Source: Caldilineaceae bacterium (GTDB lineage: Bacteria; Chloroflexota; Anaerolineae; Caldilineales; Caldilineaceae). From it: DNA of 64,000 nt. Below are positions 21,116-30,569 of the stretch, piece after piece. How positions within the stretch are numbered: position 1 is the stretch's first letter; every line of letters begins with the position of its first letter. The translations under genes and the position numbers were made by a program. The stretch spans positions 223,570 to 287,569 of the forward strand of contig CBDCRV010000008.1 in assembly GCA_965221225.1 (NCBI GenBank), given 5' to 3'. The notes under the pieces are model-generated. The model was given only the letters and a program-made list of their open reading frames with translations, ran no database searches and was not told the origin of the DNA.

Positions 21116-22067
21116 TCTTAGTCGCTTCATCACCGAGGATTTGGGCTTGAAACTGGAGACCCAGGTTCCTTTGGGGCAATATTCTTCCATCAAAGTTGGA
21201 GGATTGGCCGAATACTTCGTGGCGGTTGACAATCATTGGGCTTTGCGTCGGCTGATTGGCTGGGCACACACAAATGGGAATCCATTCTTTGTACTGGGCG
21301 GTGGCACCAATACGCTATTCGCAGATGAAGGCATGGCTGGTTTAACTATATTCAATCGCTGTCGCGCCATTCGAACTAAGTTAGAAGGGAAGATAGGCTA
21401 TCTGGAAGCAGACAGCGGCCTACCCTTGGCTCAATGTGCACGCTACAGCATGCATCAGCAACTAACCGGACTAGAATGGGCAGTAAGTGTTCCTGGTACT
21501 TTGGGGGGCGCTGTTGTTGGGAACGCCGGAGCACACGGTAGCGATATAGCGGCTTGTCTGTCTGAAATAGAATTATGTCAACTTTCAAGTTCCTGCAATT
21601 GGGTTTCAGCGACGAAAATGGAGTTGACTTACCGGAGCAGTCGCCTCAAGCGCCGGAGTCCTGTCAAGGCGGCCCTTGGGCCGACTGTAGTCAAAGTCAG
21701 GATGCGTCTGACCAGGGAAGACCCAGCAATTATCAAGTTGAAGGCCGACCAATTCCTGCAGCAGCGCAGAAAGACACAACCGACCGAGCCGAGTATGGGA
21801 AGCGTTTTTCGCAATCCCCCTGGTATCTTCGCAGGCGCTTTGATTGAGGAGGCCGGTTGCAAAGGCCTCACTTGTGGGGCAATGGCCGTAAGTGAACAAC
21901 ATGCCAATTTCATAGTCAAGTTGCCAGGAACCGAACCGGGTCGGGCTGGGGATGTGTTTTCCTTAATCCTGACAATTCGGCAAAGGGTACAGAAGCATGC
22001 TGGAATTCTGTTGCAGCCTGAAATTGGGTTGGCCGGTGACTGGCCCAATCTCCCGGCGTTGGTTTAG
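21105..22067 (+). CDS. murB: UDP-N-acetylenolpyruvoylglucosamine reductase
   Basis: FAD-binding blocks IKVGGLAEYF and VLGGGTNTLF, plus C-terminal GSVFRNP. The maximal ORF starts at GTG 21060, inside murC. Confidence 0.9.
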   Translation: MRADLSRFITEDLGLKLETQVPLGQYSSIKVGGLAEYFVAVDNHWALRRLIGWAHTNGNPFFVLGGGTNTLFADEGMAGLTIFNRCRAIRTKLEGKIGYLEADSGLPLAQCARYSMHQQLTGLEWAVSVPGTLGGAVVGNAGAHGSDIAACLSEIELCQLSSSCNWVSATKMELTYRSSRLKRRSPVKAALGPTVVKVRMRLTREDPAIIKLKADQFLQQRRKTQPTEPSMGSVFRNPPGIFAGALIEEAGCKGLTCGAMAVSEQHANFIVKLPGTEPGRAGDVFSLILTIRQRVQKHAGILLQPEIGLAGDWPNLPALV

Positions 22068-22102
22068 ATTTTCTTGGTGCTAGGTTCAAGGAACAACTGG
22101 AC

Positions 22103-23164
22103 ATGCGCATTGCTCTGGTTTTCGGCGGCCGCAACTGCGAACATGAAGTATCTTTGCGCAGCGCTGCCAGCGTCAGAGAAGCTTTGCAACAGTCCGGGCA
22201 TGATGTTGTGGACATTTGCATCTCTCAGTCAGGCAAATGGATTCTTAACCCAGGTTTTCCACAGACATTGTCAAACCCTGAAGCAGAATCAGGGGACGCC
22301 TCCTTGACGTTGTTACCGGAATACCAGAGCCAGCTGGCCCTGGGAGAGGTAGATGTGGTCTTCCCCATTGTGCATGGACCAACTGGGGAAGATGGCTCCT
22401 TACAGGGGTTGTTGGAATTGGCAAATGTACCTTATGTAGGTTGTGGTGTATTGGGCAGCGCCTTGTCCATGGACAAGGATGTCGCCAAGCGGCTATTGAA
22501 AGCAGCAGGAATTCCTGTTACCCCTTTTGAAACTCTGCAAAGTGCAGCTCTCGCCGCGGATGAGTCCACTATCCTAGAGCGGTTAGGCCTCAATGTTGGC
22601 TTCCCTGCTTTCGTAAAACCTGCCAATATGGGTAGCAGCGTCGGAGTCAGTCACGTAAGTAATCAAACGCAACTGAAGAATGCCCTTCAGCTAGCTTGCA
22701 TGTACGACGAGAAGGTAATAATGGAAGCGGCCATTCCCTATGCACGGGAATTGGAAATCAGCGTTCTGGGCTGGCACGAATTGCAGGCTAGCATTCCCGG
22801 TGAGATTCGGCTTCAGACCGGTTTTTACGACTACCATGCAAAATACACAGATGATTCGGCGGAACTCCTCATCCCGGCTCCTGTACCTTCAGAAATTGTA
22901 TCCAAATTGCAGAATCTGGCTATTGAGGCATTTCGTGTCCTAGAAGGCTGCGGCATGGGCCGAGTTGACTTCCTCATGAACGGCCAGAGTCACGAATTGT
23001 TTCTCAACGAAGTCAATACCATTCCAGGTTTCACTTCCATCAGCATGTACCCCAAACTCTGGGAGGCATCCGGTCTATCTCAACCGCGTTTGATGCAGAA
23101 CCTGCTGGACATTGCCTTGGAACGTCATGCGGCCAAACAGAAACTTCGCACCTCCTATACCTAA
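22103..23164 (+). CDS. ddl: D-alanine--D-alanine ligase
   Basis: RIALVFGGRNCEHEVSL, VFPIVHGPTGEDGSLQGLLE and EVNTIPGFT. AAGGAA lies upstream of the ATG. Confidence 0.93.
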   Translation: MRIALVFGGRNCEHEVSLRSAASVREALQQSGHDVVDICISQSGKWILNPGFPQTLSNPEAESGDASLTLLPEYQSQLALGEVDVVFPIVHGPTGEDGSLQGLLELANVPYVGCGVLGSALSMDKDVAKRLLKAAGIPVTPFETLQSAALAADESTILERLGLNVGFPAFVKPANMGSSVGVSHVSNQTQLKNALQLACMYDEKVIMEAAIPYARELEISVLGWHELQASIPGEIRLQTGFYDYHAKYTDDSAELLIPAPVPSEIVSKLQNLAIEAFRVLEGCGMGRVDFLMNGQSHELFLNEVNTIPGFTSISMYPKLWEASGLSQPRLMQNLLDIALERHAAKQKLRTSYT

Positions 23165-23185
23165 CCATGAATTTGTTTCCCTGAC

Positions 23186-24151
23186 GTGCAAATGCCTCCA
23201 CTGAATTCACTGTTTCGGCAGGTTGCTCGTCAACCCCGCATAGCTGAGACCAATAGACGGGCGAAGAGGCTATGGACCGGGCAAGTCCGGCCATTTCTGA
23301 GAATGGGCCGGGACATGCTGGTCGCTCCTCTCAGTTTGTTAACCTTGCAGTTTCTACGCGGTAGCGGTTGGTTTCCCAGCAAATACCTTAGCCTGGCCCT
23401 GGTCCTGGTTTTGGCTGCCACTGTTAGTTGGACAGCCATTGACCAACAGTTTTACGTAGATCGGCCCAATTTGCAGGTCTTGGTCTATAACACTTACGAG
23501 CTGCCTGGTCTGGACCCATACCTGTCGCCCCAAGATGTATGGGATTTCCGGGAAGTCTTGGGCACCCACATCCTGTGGCAGCAGCCCAAGTTGGTGCGTA
23601 GCGCTGTCTTGGCCAACCCCTTCGTCTCAGACGTTAGAGTCCAAACCTATTTTCCCCGTACGGTCGTGGTCACAGTACAGGAAACAACACCCACATTAAT
23701 GTGGGCAACCATCGAGGGAGTGTACGCTGTACTGTACGATGGCACGGCGCGGGAATTGCCTGCTGTTTCCTCTACCACCGCTCTGAGTGGATTGGAGTAT
23801 CTTACTCTGTACGATCTGCGGGGCAACGCTGCCCTCAATCGAGAAGCAACTCATGACATTGAAACCACTTATTTAGATCCTGAGCTGGTGAATACCGTGT
23901 TGATGCTACAGCACGAATATGCTGACCGAACCAGTGCTCAATCTGAAGCCCTGAGGCACTTCTTTTACTCGCAGGCCCACGGTTTGCATTTAGTGATACC
24001 CAATAGTAAGACACGCGTTTTCTGGGGTGATGGTCTGCAACTTACCCAGAAATTGGCCAATTTGAGAGCCATTGAGGATTTTATTGCAATTCAGGGGGAA
24101 GTAGCAGACTTGATAGATGTACGCCCTCTAACCAAGCCGTATTTCCGGTAA
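23186..24151 (+). CDS. ftsQ: Cell division protein FtsQ/DivIB (POTRA domain)
   Basis: One TM helix (LSLALVLVLAATVSW) followed by a POTRA-like block (VSDVRVQTYFPRTVVVTVQE). Its position between ddl and ftsA fits ftsQ. Confidence 0.75.
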   Translation: MQMPPLNSLFRQVARQPRIAETNRRAKRLWTGQVRPFLRMGRDMLVAPLSLLTLQFLRGSGWFPSKYLSLALVLVLAATVSWTAIDQQFYVDRPNLQVLVYNTYELPGLDPYLSPQDVWDFREVLGTHILWQQPKLVRSAVLANPFVSDVRVQTYFPRTVVVTVQETTPTLMWATIEGVYAVLYDGTARELPAVSSTTALSGLEYLTLYDLRGNAALNREATHDIETTYLDPELVNTVLMLQHEYADRTSAQSEALRHFFYSQAHGLHLVIPNSKTRVFWGDGLQLTQKLANLRAIEDFIAIQGEVADLIDVRPLTKPYFR

Positions 24152-24161
24152 TCGAAGTCCG

Positions 24162-25415
24162 ATGGCCTTACAGCAAATTGCTGCCATTGACATGGGGTCG
24201 GCGTCAATCCGGGCAGCCATTGCCCGCGTGGACACCTCAAGTCAGGCAATGACAATCTTGGGATGGGCTGAGATTCCAAGTCTTGGTATCGTCCATGGTC
24301 ATGTGGAGGACCTGGAAGCTGCTCAGCATGGCCTGCATGCGGCTGTTGAAGCCGTTGAAAACGATGCCGGCGAACGCATGTGGAGGACTTGCGTTGGCGT
24401 TTCTGGGTCCCATTTGCAGTCTATGGTAAGTGCTGCAATGAGGCCCCTAAGCAGTTCTAGGCAAGTCAAAACCTCAGACATGGAGCAGGTATTACACCAA
24501 GCCCGACAGATCCAATTTAAGGAAGATAGGCAGGTAATCCACAGTTTGGTAGGGACATGGGCCCTGGACGAACGGATTCGAGTAAGTAATCCAAACGGCA
24601 TGCAAGCCTCCAACTTGGGCCTGGAAGCTTTAGTCATTAGTGGAAATTCCTCCACACTAGGAAACTTGCGCCAGTGTTTTGCGGTGACCGATGTAGAGAT
24701 TCAAGAATTGGTCGTTTCCTCCTTGGCGGCTCGCCGCGTGGTTTTAACCCAGGAGGAAGAAAGGATGGGAGTAGCCCTAGTAAACCTGGGAGCTGGTACT
24801 ACTGACTTGCTTGTGGTTCAGAACGGAAGGGTCCAATTTCTCGGCGCATTAAATTATGGTAGCTCCAATTTCACCTCAGAGATGGCAGCTCTCATGCATT
24901 GTCCGTGGGAAGAGGCGGAACGGATTAAATGTGCCCATGGCACTGCCTTATCCTCGTCCGAGCCCAAAACAGCCATACGGGCTATGGCTTTCGGGGATCA
25001 AGGAGAGATTTCGTTCTCCAGCCGATTTCTAACCGAAATACTGGCAGCCAGACTTCAGAAGCTGTGGGACGACTTGGATAATCTCCTGAGACATGCCGGT
25101 CTCCGGAATTCCCTCGCGGCGGGGCTGGTTCTAACAGGAGGTGGTTGCCAGCTTTCGCGTTTGCATGACAGTTGTCGCACTCATTTCAAATTGCCGGTCC
25201 GACGTGCAGAGTTGCCACGCAACCTAGCAATAGAAAATTTGCCCGATGGCGTATCTGTGGCTTCGCATTGCGTTCTGCTTGGTCTCTTACAATGGGCTGG
25301 TTCTTCTTTGCGGCCCCAAAAGCCCTCACAAAGCCGATCCGTTACTGTGGAAACAGCCTCCACTCACCCACTCCGTCGACTGTTCGCCTTATTCCTACCC
25401 GGTGGCATCGAATGA
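24162..25415 (+). CDS. ftsA: Cell division protein FtsA (actin-like ATPase)
   Basis: AAIDMGSASIRAAIA, the phosphate-2 motif NLGAGTTDL and LTGGGCQL. It lies immediately upstream of ftsZ. Confidence 0.85.
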   Translation: MALQQIAAIDMGSASIRAAIARVDTSSQAMTILGWAEIPSLGIVHGHVEDLEAAQHGLHAAVEAVENDAGERMWRTCVGVSGSHLQSMVSAAMRPLSSSRQVKTSDMEQVLHQARQIQFKEDRQVIHSLVGTWALDERIRVSNPNGMQASNLGLEALVISGNSSTLGNLRQCFAVTDVEIQELVVSSLAARRVVLTQEEERMGVALVNLGAGTTDLLVVQNGRVQFLGALNYGSSNFTSEMAALMHCPWEEAERIKCAHGTALSSSEPKTAIRAMAFGDQGEISFSSRFLTEILAARLQKLWDDLDNLLRHAGLRNSLAAGLVLTGGGCQLSRLHDSCRTHFKLPVRRAELPRNLAIENLPDGVSVASHCVLLGLLQWAGSSLRPQKPSQSRSVTVETASTHPLRRLFALFLPGGIE

Positions 25416-25434
25416 TCAACCCACTTGCCTCTTT

Positions 25435-25461
25435 TTGACTTATCCAGACTCCTTGTATAAT
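25435..25461 (+). promoter_or_regulatory. Candidate ftsZ promoter (TTGACT, 15 nt, TATAAT) bracketed by an 8-bp inverted repeat
   Basis: TTGACT lies at 25435-25440 and a perfect TATAAT at 25456-25461, with a short 15-nt spacer. TTATCCAG (25440-25447) and CTGGATAA (25472-25479) are exact reverse complements flanking the -10. Confidence 0.4.
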
Positions 25462-25579
25462 TGATTAAATCCTGGATAATCCTTGTTAGCAAGGCTGTCC
25501 GATTTTTGTTAAGATGAGCGAAACCTTTTTGCGTTTCCCCATCTTTTTGCCCGCCGCTACACTACAAGGAACACCGGCA

Positions 25580-26689
25580 ATGAACACCCAGTCACCTTTT
25601 AGCGAAAATTTCGCCACCATTAAGGTCATCGGAGTCGGTGGCGGCGGACAAAACGCCGTTGAAAGGATGATAGAAGAAGGCACTCAGGGCGTAGAGTTCA
25701 TTGTAATTAATACGGACCAGCAGGCACTTCACAAATCCAGTGCTCCAAAGCGAGTGCGAATCGGAGAAAAACTGACGAAGGGCTTAGGCGCGGGAGCCAA
25801 GGACGAAGTTGGCCAACAAGCAGCAGAGGAAAATCTGAATGATGTCGAGGCCATCGTGGCGGATGCCGATTTGGTATTCATCACGGCGGGCTTGGGCGGG
25901 GGCACGGGTTCTGGAGCCTCCGCGGTGGTCGCAGAGGCATCAGTACGCGCCGGTGCATTGGTTGTGGCTGTAGTCACAATGCCCTTCTCCACAGAAGGCC
26001 AGATGAGGCGGAATGTGGCCGAAAGGGCGTTGGAAAGGCTGGAACAGTATGTAAGCGCCTTGATCGTGGTGGAAAACGATCAGCTGCTCGAGATCCTTGA
26101 TAAGAAAGCCACAGTTGTTGAGGCATTCCGAACCGCGGACGAAGTTTTAAAGCAGGGCGTAGTTGGGATGAGCGACATGATTACAACAGAAGGGGAAATC
26201 AACCTAGACTTTGCTGACATCAGCACTGTTCTGGAACAGAAAGGCGCTGCCATGATGGCTATCGGTAAGGGTGTAGGCGATAACCGGGCCAGCGAAGCCG
26301 CCGAACAGGTTATCAGTAGCCTGCTGCTTAACACCTCTATCGAAGGTGCTACCGCCGTGGCTTACAACATTAAAGCCAAGACGCCTCCGCAGATGCAGGA
26401 AATGAATGAAATTGCCGAGGCCATCAAGGATCGCTTGGACAACAATGCCCAGATTTTCCAAGGGTGGGCTCTGGATCCTGACCTTGGCGACGAGATCCAC
26501 GTGACTCTGTTGGCCACAGGTATCCCGCAAGAGCGTCGTACCAGTGTGACATCTGCCTTCGGCAATGCCTTGGGAGCTACCAAGTCCCGCGCAAGGACAG
26601 ATAGTAGAAGAGAAGTTGAAAGCGTTCCCATTCGACCAGCCTCCACTCGTCAGTCAAATGGTCTCCCCAGTTTCTTAAGTAGTAACTAA
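25580..26689 (+). CDS. ftsZ: Cell division GTPase FtsZ
   Basis: IKVIGVGGGGQNAV, the GLGGGTGSGA tubulin signature and a C-terminal GLPSFL peptide. ATG 25580 is preceded by AAGGA. The maximal ORF starts at 25514. Confidence 0.96.
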   Translation: MNTQSPFSENFATIKVIGVGGGGQNAVERMIEEGTQGVEFIVINTDQQALHKSSAPKRVRIGEKLTKGLGAGAKDEVGQQAAEENLNDVEAIVADADLVFITAGLGGGTGSGASAVVAEASVRAGALVVAVVTMPFSTEGQMRRNVAERALERLEQYVSALIVVENDQLLEILDKKATVVEAFRTADEVLKQGVVGMSDMITTEGEINLDFADISTVLEQKGAAMMAIGKGVGDNRASEAAEQVISSLLLNTSIEGATAVAYNIKAKTPPQMQEMNEIAEAIKDRLDNNAQIFQGWALDPDLGDEIHVTLLATGIPQERRTSVTSAFGNALGATKSRARTDSRREVESVPIRPASTRQSNGLPSFLSSN

Positions 26690-26775
26690 CAACCGGCGGT
26701 GGTCCCTGAATTGAGCTTTCTTAGGCAGCAGGGGCTTCTTGCCGGCGGCAATGATCTTTCTTCTTTCTTCTCATC

Positions 26776-26803
26776 TGGTATATTTGCAAATTGGCAGGCC
26801 AAT
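26776..26803 (+). promoter_or_regulatory. Candidate extended -10 promoter (TGgTATATT) and 14-bp palindrome upstream of tRNA-Pro
   Basis: TGGTATATT lies at 26776-26784 with only a weak -35. The palindrome ATTGGCAGGCCAAT lies at 26790-26803, about 55 nt upstream of the tRNA. Confidence 0.25.
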
Positions 26804-26858
26804 GGGCACCGAACACTCTCCTCTCAGGAGTAGGTGAGGTTGCCCTCGGCTTTTCTTA

Positions 26859-26932
<74 letters not shown>

Positions 26933-26964
26933 TTTTATTTCTTGAAAAACTCGTTAATGACAGG

Positions 26965-26997
26965 CCGCACCTTCTGACAAAGGTGCGGTTTTTTTTT
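26965..26997 (+). terminator. Rho-independent terminator
   Basis: Perfect 9-bp stem CCGCACCTT/AAGGTGCGG with a 6-nt loop, followed by nine T residues (26989-26997). It sits between the tRNA-Pro and the convergent lysS 3' end. Confidence 0.8.
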
Positions 26998-27039
26998 AGC
27001 GGAACATGAAAACTCTTCAGAACATAGCCGGCGCCATGA

Positions 27040-28563
27040 CTAAATCTGACGTAGATGTGGAAAAGGAATGACTTCACGAATGGTGGTCTGATCGGTCAAC
27101 AACATTACAAAACGGTCGATGCCTAGCCCACACCCTCCAGTTGGAGGCATGCCCCAGGTCAACGCCTCTACGAAATCCAAGTCCATCTGAGTGGCTTCTT
27201 CGTCCCCTTGTTCTCCCCGATAGTTTTCATCTAAGAACCGCTGGTACTGGTCTTGCGGATCATTAATCTCTGTGAAGGCATTGGCTAATTCCATACCGAC
27301 CGCAAACAGTTCAAATCGTTCCACTAACTGAGCATTGTGTGACTTCTGTTTGGCGAAAGGGGAAATGGCCTGCGGATAGTCCATGAGGAATACAGGCTGC
27401 ACAATCTCTGGCTCCACATACCGGGATAGGAGATGATCTACCAATTTGCCCCAATGCGCTCCCTCATTTGCTTCCAAGCCCTGAGCCCGCATTGCAGAAC
27501 GTAGATTCTCAGCTGTTGTCAATTCCGTAATGTCGAGACCAGTCTTTTCAGCGATGGCCGCACTTAAGGTCATGCGCGGCCATGGTGGCGCAAAGGAGAT
27601 GGTCTTCCCTTGGTACTCAATCTCTACCCCGCCGAGCACATTCTCCAAAGTATGAACAATCAATTGCTCCAGGCGAGTCATTACTCCTTGATAATCTGTG
27701 AAAGCCTCATAGAATTCCATCTGAGTAAATTCGGGATTGTGTTTGAAGCTGACGCCCTCATTTCGAAAATCCCGGCCAATCTCATACACTTTGTCAAAAC
27801 CACCCACAATGAGTCTTTTCAAATACAACTCGAAACTGATGCGGAGATAAAGGTCTTGGTGGAGTTGATTGTGGTGGGTAACAAAGGGCTGTGCGGCGGC
27901 TCCTCCATAAATGGGTTGCAGAATCGGAGTCTCAACTTCCAGGAAACCGGCCTCATCCAGATACTTTCGCAAACAGCTAAGAACCTGGGCTCGAGTGCGA
28001 AAGATCTGTCGCACCTCATGATTGGTAACCAAGTCTACATACCTTTGGCGATAACGCACTTCGGGGTCCTGTAGGCCATGCCATTTGTCGGGCAAAGGCT
28101 TCAAAGACTTGCTCGCCAGCACAACCTGGGAAGCATCGACGGTCAGTTCACCTGTACGAGTGGTAACGATGGAACCTTCCACTGCCAATGTATCTCCAAG
28201 GTCTATCAGTTTGCTCCAGACTTGCTTGAACCAAGCCTTGTCGACCATATTGCTACGCACCATGATCTGAATGGTACCGGTGCCGTCATCTATGGTGCCG
28301 AAGGACATTCTTCCCAAGTCGCGGCGCAGGAAAAGCCTTCCAACTACCCAGACAGATTCTCTTCGATCTTTAAAGCCGGCATCCAAGGCGCGGGCAGCGG
28401 CTATAGTGTGTGTGCGTTGTACCCGCAGCGGATATGGTTCGATGCCTGCAGCCCTAAGGAGCGCAATTTTTTCCAGCCGACCTTTCTCCTGGTCCGTAAG
28501 GCGGGCCGAGTCGAATGGTGACTCTGCGTCCAGGTCCATAGAGGGCTTTTCTGCTTCCATCAC
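27040..28563 (-). CDS. lysS: Lysine--tRNA ligase (class II)
   Basis: 507 aa with an OB-fold N-domain and class II motifs (RDFRNEGVSFKHNPEFTQMEFYEAF, GGCGLGIDRFVMLL). The start overlaps the greA stop. Confidence 0.95.
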   Translation of the reverse strand: MMEAEKPSMDLDAESPFDSARLTDQEKGRLEKIALLRAAGIEPYPLRVQRTHTIAAARALDAGFKDRRESVWVVGRLFLRRDLGRMSFGTIDDGTGTIQIMVRSNMVDKAWFKQVWSKLIDLGDTLAVEGSIVTTRTGELTVDASQVVLASKSLKPLPDKWHGLQDPEVRYRQRYVDLVTNHEVRQIFRTRAQVLSCLRKYLDEAGFLEVETPILQPIYGGAAAQPFVTHHNQLHQDLYLRISFELYLKRLIVGGFDKVYEIGRDFRNEGVSFKHNPEFTQMEFYEAFTDYQGVMTRLEQLIVHTLENVLGGVEIEYQGKTISFAPPWPRMTLSAAIAEKTGLDITELTTAENLRSAMRAQGLEANEGAHWGKLVDHLLSRYVEPEIVQPVFLMDYPQAISPFAKQKSHNAQLVERFELFAVGMELANAFTEINDPQDQYQRFLDENYRGEQGDEEATQMDLDFVEALTWGMPPTGGCGLGIDRFVMLLTDQTTIREVIPFPHLRQI

Positions 28564-29042
28564 GCTGGGCTCACGTTCAAAATGCGAAACTTCAGTCGAC
28601 CTACTGGCGTCTCAAAAGTGAATACGCTGCCTGTCCGTTGACCCAGCATAGCCCTACCCAATGGGCTCTCGTTGCTAATCCGGCCGCTAGCGGGGTCTGT
28701 TTCCGATTTGCCCACAATGAAATAGGTCTCTTCTAGTGTTGTTCCTTCTTCTTGAATAATTACCTTGTTTCCCAAAGAAACCAAATCAGTATGGACTTGG
28801 TCTTCTTCAATGATGACGCAATTGGACAAATCATTGGTCAGCTCTCGAATGCGGAATTCCAGTAACGCCTGAGCATTCTTGGCTTCTTCATAACCCGCAT
28901 TTTCCCTTAGGTCGCCGTGGGCAATTGCTTCCTTCAGTTTTTGGGAGATCTCCATCCTCCCTTCCGAAGTCAGACGTTCCAATTCGGCCTCTAACTTCTG
29001 CTTTCCCTCGAGCGTAATTGGCATTCCTACCTTGTGCTTCAT
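28560..29042 (-). CDS. greA: Transcription elongation factor GreA
   Basis: PITLEGKQKLEAELERL..., GDLRENAGYEEAK and the C-terminal domain ISNESPLGRAMLG. The ORF track extends to 29147, but that extra N-terminus is Cys-rich with no similarity. ATG 29042 or 29024 is the likely start. Confidence 0.9.
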   Translation of the reverse strand: MKHKVGMPITLEGKQKLEAELERLTSEGRMEISQKLKEAIAHGDLRENAGYEEAKNAQALLEFRIRELTNDLSNCVIIEEDQVHTDLVSLGNKVIIQEEGTTLEETYFIVGKSETDPASGRISNESPLGRAMLGQRTGSVFTFETPVGRLKFRILNVSPA

Positions 29043-29207
29043 TGCTTCAACTCTCAAACCATGAGGAATAGTAAACAAACGCCGCCCCGTGCAGGCGACG
29101 AAAGAGCTGCAACCGACGATCCGGACGCAACAAAGGGTAAGATCCAATTCTAGCCTAAACTAGTGATTGTTTTGATTCACGCGTACCGGCCCTAACCAAT
29201 TTTGTCT

Positions 29208-29996
29208 ATGTTGAATTCTAAACAGGCAGATTTGCTGAAGCAATTGGACAGGGTTGCCCCTTTTCTCGATGCTGATTACAGGGGTGAAACGGCAGATCTG
29301 CTCCTTTACATCAGCTTGGCTAAGCAAATTCCAGGCCCTGTGTTGGAAGTTGGCTGTGGGACTGGCCGGGTCCTGGCTGCTCTAATCGGAGCCGACAAGC
29401 CCTGTGACGGTCTGGACTTGTCGCCAGCCATGTTAGAACTTGCCCAAAGACGTTGCGAAGGCACGTCAGGAAAAGTACCGTGGAGCTTGGTCCAAGGCGA
29501 CATGACTGCATTTGAACTGGTTCGTAGAGATTACGGGCTAGCCATACTTGCCGCTAATACGCTGATGCATTCGTCCTGCAGCATTGAGCAGGAGAGGGCT
29601 CTGAGGTGCTTGTACCATCATTTGCGTCCGGGAGGGTCCTTGGTGCTGGATCTCTTCAACCCGCCAGTGGCAGACTTGGTTCTGCAACATGGAGTGATTC
29701 AGGCTGTTGACTGCTGGGACGGGCCGAAAACTGGTTCGACAGTCACTAAATGGATGCGGCGAGAGGTGAATTGGGTTGAGCAAGTCCAAGAGACCTTCAT
29801 CACATACGAGACCCTATTTGCCGATGATCAGTTGGAAAAAGTGGAAGCCAGCTTCGCACTCCGTTTCTTGTGGCGGCACGAAGTTCAATTGATGCTGGAA
29901 AAAACGGGATTTGAAGTACAGGCGGTGTGGGGTTCCTATGCTCGGGAGCCCATTGCCGATGACTCTGAGGTCATGGTATTTATAGGCCGGAAATAG
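29208..29996 (+). CDS. Class I SAM-dependent methyltransferase
   Basis: Motif I VLEVGCGTGRVLAAL and post-I GLDLSPAML. The substrate cannot be assigned. An alternative TTG start lies at 29202. Confidence 0.8.
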   Translation: MLNSKQADLLKQLDRVAPFLDADYRGETADLLLYISLAKQIPGPVLEVGCGTGRVLAALIGADKPCDGLDLSPAMLELAQRRCEGTSGKVPWSLVQGDMTAFELVRRDYGLAILAANTLMHSSCSIEQERALRCLYHHLRPGGSLVLDLFNPPVADLVLQHGVIQAVDCWDGPKTGSTVTKWMRREVNWVEQVQETFITYETLFADDQLEKVEASFALRFLWRHEVQLMLEKTGFEVQAVWGSYAREPIADDSEVMVFIGRK

Positions 29997-30084
29997 ATTC
30001 GGCAAGTCTGGCTGTCGACGGGCAGCCAGGTGGGCAGTATTGGCAAGTCCACAAGTCGCATTTTCGGATTCACGTAGGCAAGCA

Positions 30085-30093
30085 TGTTAAACT
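30085..30093 (+). promoter_or_regulatory. Candidate extended -10 element (TGtTAAACT) upstream of rpsF
   Basis: TGTTAAACT lies ~70 nt upstream of the rpsF ATG, and no good -35 is visible. A small GU-containing hairpin (GCATGT-aagccc-ACATGT) lies in the putative leader. Confidence 0.25.
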
Positions 30094-30160
30094 GCGAGGT
30101 CGTCCAATCTTTCTGTGCATGTAAGCCCACATGTGCAAGCCCGAGGAAGGAGAACCTGGC

Positions 30161-30472
30161 ATGACCCTAGACACCCGCATTTACGAATTGGTTTACATTC
30201 TAAACCCGGAACTGCGAGACGAAGATCTCGAAGCTGCAAACCAGAAAGTACACCAAGCCATCGACAGAAATGATGGGCGTGTTGCGTTCGAAAACCATTG
30301 GGGAACACGCAAGTTAGCCTATCCCATTGCCAAGAAGACACAGGGTTACTACGTCCAATTACACGTGGAAGTAGATCCCCAAAACGTTTCCCCGATCGAG
30401 CGCCTCCTCAACCTGGATGAAAATGTGATGCGCTATTTGGTCACTCGCGAACCGGTAAACGCAACCTCCTAA
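30161..30472 (+). CDS. rpsF: 30S ribosomal protein S6
   Basis: YELVYILNP...WGTRKLAYPIAKKTQGYYV. GGAAGGAG lies 8 nt upstream of ATG 30161. The ORF track start at 30131 is less likely. Confidence 0.92.
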   Translation: MTLDTRIYELVYILNPELRDEDLEAANQKVHQAIDRNDGRVAFENHWGTRKLAYPIAKKTQGYYVQLHVEVDPQNVSPIERLLNLDENVMRYLVTREPVNATS

Positions 30473-30569
30473 TCTTTCTTCCCCGCCTTACAAGTCGACT
30501 TGCGGACCACTCTGGGTGCAAGTCGATTCCATTTGACCTTAGCCCTTAGCCATACGGCAGGTAAAACCC

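Noticed and set aside
29043-29147. N-terminal 35-41 codons of the ORF-track greA model
   Set aside because: The segment (MDLTLCCVRIVGCSSFVACTGRRLF...) resembles nothing in GreA. Internal ATGs with better context give a standard-length GreA.
30008-30028. 7-bp hairpin CTGGCTG-tcgacgg-CAGCCAG after the methyltransferase gene
   Set aside because: No T-tract follows, so I do not call it an intrinsic terminator.
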